This document shows, one piece after another, positions 55,647 through 64,000 of a stretch of DNA of 64,000 bases. Source of the stretch: Paraspadella gotoi (Eukaryota > Animalia > Chaetognatha); the NCBI GenBank assembly GCA_051294375.1, contig CM119270.1, positions 14,978,046 through 15,042,045 of the forward strand, in the 5' to 3' direction. Under the pieces are notes generated by a model that was not told the origin of the DNA, searched no databases, and worked only from the letters and a program-made list of their open reading frames with translations. How positions within the stretch are numbered: the first letter of the stretch is position 1; the number at the start of each line of letters is the position of its first letter. The translations under genes and the position numbers were made by a program.

Positions 55647-58600
55647 AACAACAAATATAAGCGAATTTTATTCATTTTATAATGTCAGTGCTGACAGACC
55701 GATGCAGACATACCAACCGACAGCAACAACAAGACCGACGATGAGATCGACCGAAAAGTGACTCTATTAGAGTTTCTCGCGATTACTCGCGGAGCAACTG
55801 CAGAAAGCGGAAAGTTTGATCAAACGGTAAAAAGAACGACTGAGTTTGCTTTGGAAAACAGTTTGTTTTTTCTGTAATACAAACATGAAATTGAAGCGTA
55901 GAAACTGATCTTTTCCTATTTTTTTTTTTTTGTTCGTATATTATGTGAAATAGAAAAGCTTACCCTTAAAATTTATCAAACTACTAATGACACATTACTA
56001 ATATTTAGGAAATCGATAATCGTAGAAACTAGGCAACGTTAGTAAACATTAAAACTTTTTGTTTTGTTTTTTTCTGGCCTCCGATATTATCGCTAAACAG
56101 AAAAAAACTTATCTTACACGATTTTCAACTAGTAATAACTAAATTAAAATCCACAAATCGATTTTTACCGGCAATTTCTTAAAATAATTTGATCTGAGCT
56201 TGAGAAATTTCTTGGCTCTCTTCGTCTTTGAGCCGCTCTTTGTATTGAACTTGAAAAAATGAAAAAAAAGAAATTCCCGCTGTGTCTTTCCTACGACCTT
56301 TAAACGTTTCTAACTCGACATAAAACTTGCTCAGATCGTGTTGTCTGTGGTGGGTGTATATTCGATGGGCGTATTCCCTTAGAGAGCGTTGGCGGCTTCG
56401 AGATTTTGAATATGGGTGGCCGCTCGTGAGGATTTTAATACATGAGCTTCGAAGAGAGAGAGGCGGGGGAAGTTTTCGTTGCAGTGGAGAGGAGGGGTGT
56501 TGAAGGCGGGAGGACAAGAAGGAACACAGGCAACGGAGAACCGATAGAAAACATGCTACAATATGACTAATTTACCATCTACATTTCACTCGTGGTAGAT
56601 TCGGCAGCGAGCTTCTTCTTCTCTGCCTTCTCTCGAGCTCGCCTTTCCCCTTCCTTCCTTCGCTCCCCTCCTCTCCCCCCCCCAATTTGAGCTCCGCTGC
56701 GTGCTGATGTCATTCGGATGAGCGTGTTGAGAACCTGATCTTTTCCTTCCCCTAATCTTTTTCCTTTTTAAGCTCCGGCCTCCCCCGAAAAATACATCCT
56801 TTCCTCTAAGGGGTTATGGATTGCGTGGGATAGGTTTTACTGTCTGATTATTTCACTCTTCTCGTCGCGGCACATCGTCCGTGCTCTCTCTCTGCTCTTC
56901 TTCTCTCCTCTCTTCTCTCTCTCTTCTCTCTGCTCTCTCTCTACTCTCTCTCTCTCTCTCTCTTGCTCTCTTTCTCAATGGTCCGACCTGAATTGGATGC
57001 AGCGAAGAAGTGGCGTTAATGTGAGCCTCTCTGTAACGATATATTCGAGAGCCAAAAGATTGAGGCACAAAAGTATCGGACAACTGAACAGAAGCAGACA
57101 ATATAGACAGACCGACAACAGACACGACCGCTACATAGAGGATCCAATTGCTCTTCTCGGCATTCGAGTTCCTTATCGGATTTGCTTTGATGTTCGCGAG
57201 ACGCGATCATGTCAGGATCTGAATCAGAGTTTGTTGCCATACTCTCTCTCCTCTCTCTCTCTCTTACTCTCTTCTCCTTCTCTCTGCTCTCCTCTCTCTC
57301 TCTCTCTCTCTCTTTCTGATTGTATCCATTCCATGTGGCTAGCACCGGCGTCGGGACTTTCAACTTTCCGGACATTATATGTTTGCGCCATTGCTTTTCT
57401 TCTTCGATGCGTGCCTTTCGGTGTTTTTTTCGCTTCTTCGTTTATGTTTTTTTTCGTTTTCTGCTTTTTTCATCCCTTGATGTCGTCCATGTGTGTTTTT
57501 ATATTTTCAAACTATTTTTTTTCAGATTTGTGACTTTCTTGTTATTTTTTTTCATTTTATCGCATTTTTCTTGCCACTTTCTTTTTTTTATGTCTCCTAT
57601 CTCTCTCTTGTGGTTTAAATATTTTTATGATAAGCGAGTCAAAAATAAGAAAAATTGCAAAAAATCATCATCATCATCATCTTTCGATGATTTTATCAGT
57701 TTTTTTAGATTTTCACTTAGAAAACGTAAGAATTTTTAAAAACTGTAGTTATATTTCTTGTTTAACTTTTTATGATCTATCAGAATCCATCAAAAAATTT
57801 TAAGATTTCAAAAAAATTTTTTTATAATGTAAAAAAAGACAAATAATTTTTAAAGTATTAATCAAGACGTATAATGTAATTTTTTTGGGAAAATTATTGC
57901 TTAAATATTTAGTCAAGACAACTAAAAATTCTTTGCTAATAGTCGAAATTTTATATTATCTCTGGAGTAACAACCAAATATAAGCGAATTTTATTCATTT
58001 TTAATGTCAGTGTGACAGACCGATGGACAGACATACCAACCGACAGGCAGACAGACCGACCGATAGATCGACCGAAAAGTGACTTATAGAGTTTCTCCGC
58101 GAGTACTCGCGGCGCAACTGAAAAGGGAAAGTTTGGATCAAACGGTAAAAGAACGACTGAGTTTGCTTGGAAAACAGTTTGTTTTTTCTGTAATAGCAAA
58201 CATGGAATTGGAAGCGTAGAAACTGTCTTTTCCTATTTTTTTTTTTTTGTGCGGATATTATGGTAAATAGAAAAGCTTACCTTAAAATTTATCAAACTAC
58301 TAATGAAATTACTAATAATTTTAGGAAATCGATAATCGTAGAAACGTAGCAACGTAGAAACATAAAACGTTTTTGTTTTGTTTTTTGGTGCCGATATTAT
58401 CGTAAACAGAAAAAACTTATCTTAACGATTATCAAACTAGTAATAACTAAATAAATCCACAATCGATTTACGGCAATTTCTTAAAAAATGACTGAGTTGA
58501 GAAATTGTCTGCTCTCTCGTTCTTGCGCCGGTGATTGAACTGAAAAAAGAAAAAAAAAAGAAATCCCGGTTGTGCTTTCCCTACGACCTTTAAACGTCAA

Positions 58601-59508
58601 CTCGACATAAACTGTCAATCGTGTCTGGTGGGTGGTATATCGAGTGGGCGTNNNNNNNNNNNNNNNNNNNNNNNNNNNNNNNNNNNNNNNNNNNNNNNNN
58701 NNNNNNNNNNNNNNNNNNNNNNNNNNNNNNNNNNNNNNNNNNNNNNNNNNNNNNNNNNNNNNNNNNNNNNNNNNNNNNNNNNNNNNNNNNNNNNNNNNNN
58801 NNNNNNNNNNNNNNNNNNNNNNNNNNNNNNNNNNNNNNNNNNNNNNNNNNNNNNNNNNNNNNNNNNNNNNNNNNNNNNNNNNNNNNNNNNNNNNNNNNNN
58901 NNNNNNNNNNNNNNNNNNNNNNNNNNNNNNNNNNAGGAGAACTCGGAAGAAGAAATGTCATTTGAATCTAATTTACATTCCAATACATCACTCGTTGGAG
59001 CCGAGCGAGTCTCTCTCTCTCGCTTCCGCCCGTTNNNNNNNNNNNNNNNNNNNNNNNNNNNNNNNNNNNNNNNNNNNNNNNNNNNNNNNNNNNNNNNNNN
59101 NNNNNNNNNNNNNNNNNNNNNNNNNNNNNNNNNNNNNNNNNNNNNNNNNNNNNNNNNNNNNNNNNNNNNNNNNNNNNNNNNNNNNNNNNNNNNNNNNNNN
59201 NNNNNNNNNNNNNNNNNNNNNNNNNNNNNNNNNNNNNNNNNNNNNNNNNNNNNNNNNNNNNNNNNNNNNNNNNNNNNNNNNNNNNNNNNNNNNNNNNNNN
59301 NNNNNNNNNNNNNNNNNNNNNNNNNNNNNNNNNNNNNNNNNAAAAGTTGAGGCAAAGGATTCGACAACGACAGAAACAGACAAATAGACAGACCGACAGA
59401 CAGACAGACCGACATAGAGAGATCCATTGCTCTGTCGGCATCGAGTTGCCTTCGGTTGTTTTTTTCGCAACCGATTCTAATTCGGTTAAGGATCGAGTTT
59501 TGTTGCCA

Positions 59509-59567
<59 letters not shown>

Positions 59568-59835
59568 GATTTGTTCCATTCCAGTGGCAGCACCGGCGTC
59601 GACTTTCAACTTTCGACGAATATATTTTCGCCATTTGCTTTTCTTCTTCTGCTTTTCCTTTTTTTTCGCTTCTTCGTTTTATTTTGTTTTCCTTTTTTTT
59701 TCTTTTTTTCATCCTTTTCAGTCCCAGGTTTTTTTTATATTTTAAACTTTTTTTTCAGATTTGTGACTTTTCTTTTATATTTTTTTTCATTTTATCGCAT
59801 TTTTCTTGCCACTTTTCTTTTTTTTATTTCTCTCC
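55271..59835. repeat. ~2.3-kb tandem duplication (55271-57610 approximately equals 57614-59835); possibly an assembly artefact
   Basis: 55271-56372 aligns with 57614-58651, and 57060-57600 aligns with 59347-59830. Differences are dominated by 1-2 nt indels, and the second copy is interrupted by N gaps. Confidence 0.8.
57969..58125 (+). mobile_element. Short HINE/Helentron-like element end with GAC(A/C) microsatellite and terminal palindrome; duplicate at 55647-55805
   Basis: GACAGACCGATGGACAGAC...GACCGACCG, then AAGTGACTTATAGAGT, the perfect 16-bp palindrome CCGCGAGTACTCGCGG (58097-58112), then GCAACTGAAAA. Confidence 0.6.
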
Positions 59836-60558
59836 CTCAAAGGCCATTTAATGTTTTATGAAATTCTCTTGGTTCCATTCGCTCTGTGAATTTCAAAAAA
59901 GGAAACTCCATTGAATCTCATTCTCACAAAGTCACAAGTTATGACTCGCGAATAAAACGTCTACTTTGAAAATCATCTCAAGGGTGGATAGTGGATACCG
60001 GTAAGGGACAATCGAAAATGTTTCTTTTGATATCACAAATTGAAGTTTTATTTCGTTTCGGGGTTCGGTTTTCGGGGTTTCGGTTACCATGAAACCAGCT
60101 AAATGTTCTTTTATAGTGTCGGGCCTGAATTACCCCGTAACCAGCTACATGTTTATCCACTCAAAGATATTTTTCTGAATAATCATCTTTAAAAATTCTG
60201 CGCGAACGTGATCCTTTGCCTTCGACCGTCAAAACACTTCATCTTCCTTGTCAGCCTTTGTTTGCCGGCTCTCTCTCTCTCTCTCTCTCTCTCTCTNNNN
60301 NNNNNNNNNNNNNNNNNNNNNNNNNNNNNNNNNNNNNNNNNNNNNNNNNNNNNNNNNNNNNNNNNNNNNNNNNNNNNNNNNNNNNNNNNNNNNNNNNNNN
60401 NNNNNNNNNNNNNNNNNNNNNNNNNNNNNNNNNNNNNNNNNNNNNNNNNNNNNNNNNNNNNNNNNNNNNNNNNNNNNNNNNNNNNNNNNNNNNNNNNNNN
60501 NNNNNNNNNNNNNNNNNNNNNNNNNNNNNNNNNNNNNNNNNNNNNNNNNNNNNNNNNN

Positions 60559-61123
60559 CTGCCGTGAATTTGCGTCGTGAGGAAACAACGCGATCTTGAA
60601 GGAAAACCGTCACGGCAAAAACCGGCACCACGAACGAGCTGGGGAGACTGGCACTGCAGGCAAGCGCCGAAAACCGGCACCGCAGAATCTGGCGCCGTGG
60701 ACGTGCTGGGAATACGGCGCTGTTAAAGGCGCCTAAAACAGGACGCCCTTTGACGTCTAAGGCAGGAATGAAAATAACAGAGCCGTTTTCTATTTTCGCC
60801 GCTTTTGAGTAAGAAAGACATGACAAGGTACGATGTCAAAAACTCAAATTAAGACTTGACTTTGTCTTTCTACTTTTCACTTTAATTCTTAGAATAAAAG
60901 TCAGGGCGATTTCAACCAACATTTTTGCCGACTTTCTTGTCTCTAATGGACAGATAAATTTAGCTCGGATCGAAAAAGATAAGTGGCTCCATACATTTGG
61001 TTAAGCGCAACATAAGACCAAAAAAAAAAGGAAGGAAAAAAAAGCCATTTTTCGTCTTAATTCAAGTCAGAAACAAGAGATAAATCCGATTTCTGTTACC
61101 CTCTTGGCCTCAGGGGCTTACGA

Positions 61124-61162
<39 letters not shown>

Positions 61163-62036
61163 AAAGAGAGAGGAGAGAGAGAGAGAGAGAGGAGACGATG
61201 AGAGAGAGAGAGGGGGAAGAGAGAGAGAGAGAGGGCGAAAGAAATTATCTTGAGAGAGATAAGAATTGGTTATGTAGGTGTTGTTTACGCTTCTGTGAAA
61301 AAAGGAAAGAAATACGCGAGAGCTGGATTTCATGCGAGACAGAGACAGGAGGAAAGAGACAGACAAGATAGCGAGAAAGAGACAGAGAGAGAGAGAGAGA
61401 GAGAGAACGAGAGAGAGGAGAGAGAGAGAGAGGAAGGTCGTAAGCCCCTGAGGCCAATGAGGGTAACAGAAATCGGATTTATCTCTTGTTTCTGGACTTG
61501 AATTAAGACGAAAGAAAATGGCTTTTTTGTCCTTCTTCCTTTTTTTTTTTTGGTCTTATGTTCGCGCCTCTCAACCAAATGTGATGAGCCATTATCTTTT
61601 TCGATGCCGAGGCTAATTTATTGTCCCGATTAGAGACCAAGGAAAGTCGGCAAAAATGTGGGTGAAAATCGCCCGTGACTTTTATTCTAAGAATTAAAGT
61701 GAAAAGTAGAGAAGACAAAGTCAGTCTAATTTGAGTTGTATTTGACATGGGTTACCTTTTGCATGTTCTTCATTACTCAAAGCGGGCGAAAATAGAAAAA
61801 CGGCTCTGTTATTTCATTCCTGCCTTAGCGTCAAAGGCGTTCCTGTTTTAGGCGCCTTTAACAGCGCCGTATTCCAGGCACGTCACGGCCCGCAGATTCT
61901 GCCGGGTGCGCGTTTTCGGCGCTTTGGCTGCAAGTGCCAGTCTCCCCAGCTACGTTCGTGGGTGCCGGTTTTTGCCGGTGGACGGTTGTTTCCTTCAGAT
62001 CGCGTTGTTTCCTCACGACGGCAAATTCACGGACAG
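60559..62036. repeat. Long inverted repeat: ~570-600-bp arms around a ~300-bp CT/GA-rich spacer
   Basis: 60559-61126 is the reverse complement of 61433-62036, for example GATTTCTGTTACCCTC..GGCCTCAGGGGCTTACGAC versus GTCGTAAGCCCCTGAGGCC..GAGGGTAACAGAAATC. Differences are indel-rich. Confidence 0.9.
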
Positions 62037-62332
62037 TGACGCTGTTATCGGGCAGTTGGGAGATAAGAAGGTGGAGAGGAGGATAGAGATTGAGAGAGAG
62101 AGAGAGAGAGCAGAGAGATAAGAAGAAGAGAGAGGGAGAGAGAGAGAGATCTCTCTCTNNNNNNNNNNNNNNNNNNNNNNNNNCTCTCTCTCGCCCTGAC
62201 GAAACAGACTTTTCATTACACGAATTTGATCAACAAAGAAGTAATTGGATTTCCATCAAAATGTCATTCCAAGACAATGATTTTATAATAAGACAACGTT
62301 AAATCAGTAAAAATTAATTAATTAATTAAATG

Positions 62333-62829
<497 letters not shown>

Positions 62830-64000
62830 TACAAAATCATTTGGAAACTAGTCAGCACCAGTTATTCCAAGCTGCCGAAATTGGTTGACGCTTGTCAGGC
62901 GCTGATTAGCGACGGCACCGAGAGCAGCGCCTCTTGCGAGAAGGTCGTGAAGCGTCGAGGACCCAGAGATTGAAAGTGAATGAAAAGTGTGAACGATGGA
63001 GGAAAGAAGCGGTGAGTCAAGAAAGAAAAAAAAAATGGAGAGAGGAAAGAGAGGATAGAAAAATGACGGGACAAGAGACAAGGAATGAGATTGGAAGCGA
63101 ATGAAAAGGAAAGGGGGAAAAAAAAATATCGTCCCGACGGAAAAGGAAAAAGAAAATTGGAAAGTCGACGGAAATATGAGTAAATAATGTTGCGTCGATG
63201 GTTTATGGCTGGAATGATGGGGGAGGCAAGGACGATGGGGGAAGGTGGCGGTTAGTGCTGGCCGGGGGTGGTAGCCTTGACGGGGTAGTGGCGTACATAT
63301 ATAACGGTGTTGCGGTAGTAGTTTATCGAGAAAAGAAAAAGGAAAAGGAAAGGAGAAATTGGCAGATGAATGGTCAAAGTGTCGAAGAGCAAAGAGAGAG
63401 GTTGCGCCGACTAATTATAAAGGTGAAGGCGAGAGCAGCGCCGAGTCAACGGAAGAGAGAGAGAAGTCGTTAGGAAGGAAAGAGCTCGCGAAAAAAAAAA
63501 ATAAATAGGAAAAATACTAAAAGATAATAAATGAGGAAGGTTGGAAAAACGTCGTGGCTTTTGCCAAAGGAAACTAAATAATATCAAATAATGCGAACAA
63601 AAGATAAAGCAATTTGAACGTTACTTCGTGGATTTATTCGATTCTTTGCAACAGAAAAAAACAAATTAAGCTTTACAGATTGATTAGGCATACTAAAAAA
63701 AAAAACAGATTCGTTTACCTATTCAAAAAAGAAAAGCGATCAATTAGACTGAGAAGTCCAAAGAGTGTAAAGGAAAAACAGTCTATATAGAAAGAGTTAA
63801 AAAGGCAAACAAACTAGTGAGGTCGCTCGGTCCGACTGGAGAGAGAGAAAAGCACTTTGAAGAGGAAGAAAAAGAAAAGAAAAAGAAAAGAAGAGAAGAA
63901 AGAAAGAAAGAAAAAAACAGAAGAGAGGTTCCGACCTCCAATCGACTTCCGACTTTTTTTTTCTCCTTCACCTCTGAGAGACGAACGTCACGGATGACGA

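Noticed and set aside
22627-62302. Many ORFs with RERERE, LSLSLS, poly-E/D or X runs
   Set aside because: Translations of microsatellites and N gaps.

Overview
Eukaryotic, AT-rich invertebrate genomic DNA; the CtBP tail motifs suggest a protostome (inference). The first 17 kb hold three spliced genes. (1) The first coding exon of a class C GPCR (mGluR-like, minus strand, 1708-2214), with the rest presumably off the left edge. (2) A complete 12-coding-exon importin-5/karyopherin-beta3 (minus, 4113-10228, about 1091 aa). (3) A complete CtBP corepressor (plus, 12507-17012, up to about 463 aa), head-to-head with importin-5. In the remaining ~47 kb I can support no protein-coding gene. It holds dense (GA)n/(CT)n, (GAC)n and (TAAA)n microsatellites, MITEs, DINE-1/Helentron-like elements, a Penelope-type minimal hammerhead motif inside an inverted repeat, a ~2.3 kb tandem duplication and a ~600 bp-arm palindrome. 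Four gaps of exactly 25 N, plus indel-rich repeat copies, suggest long-read gap filling, so the duplication and palindrome may be assembly artefacts. I found no convincing novel multi-gene system.
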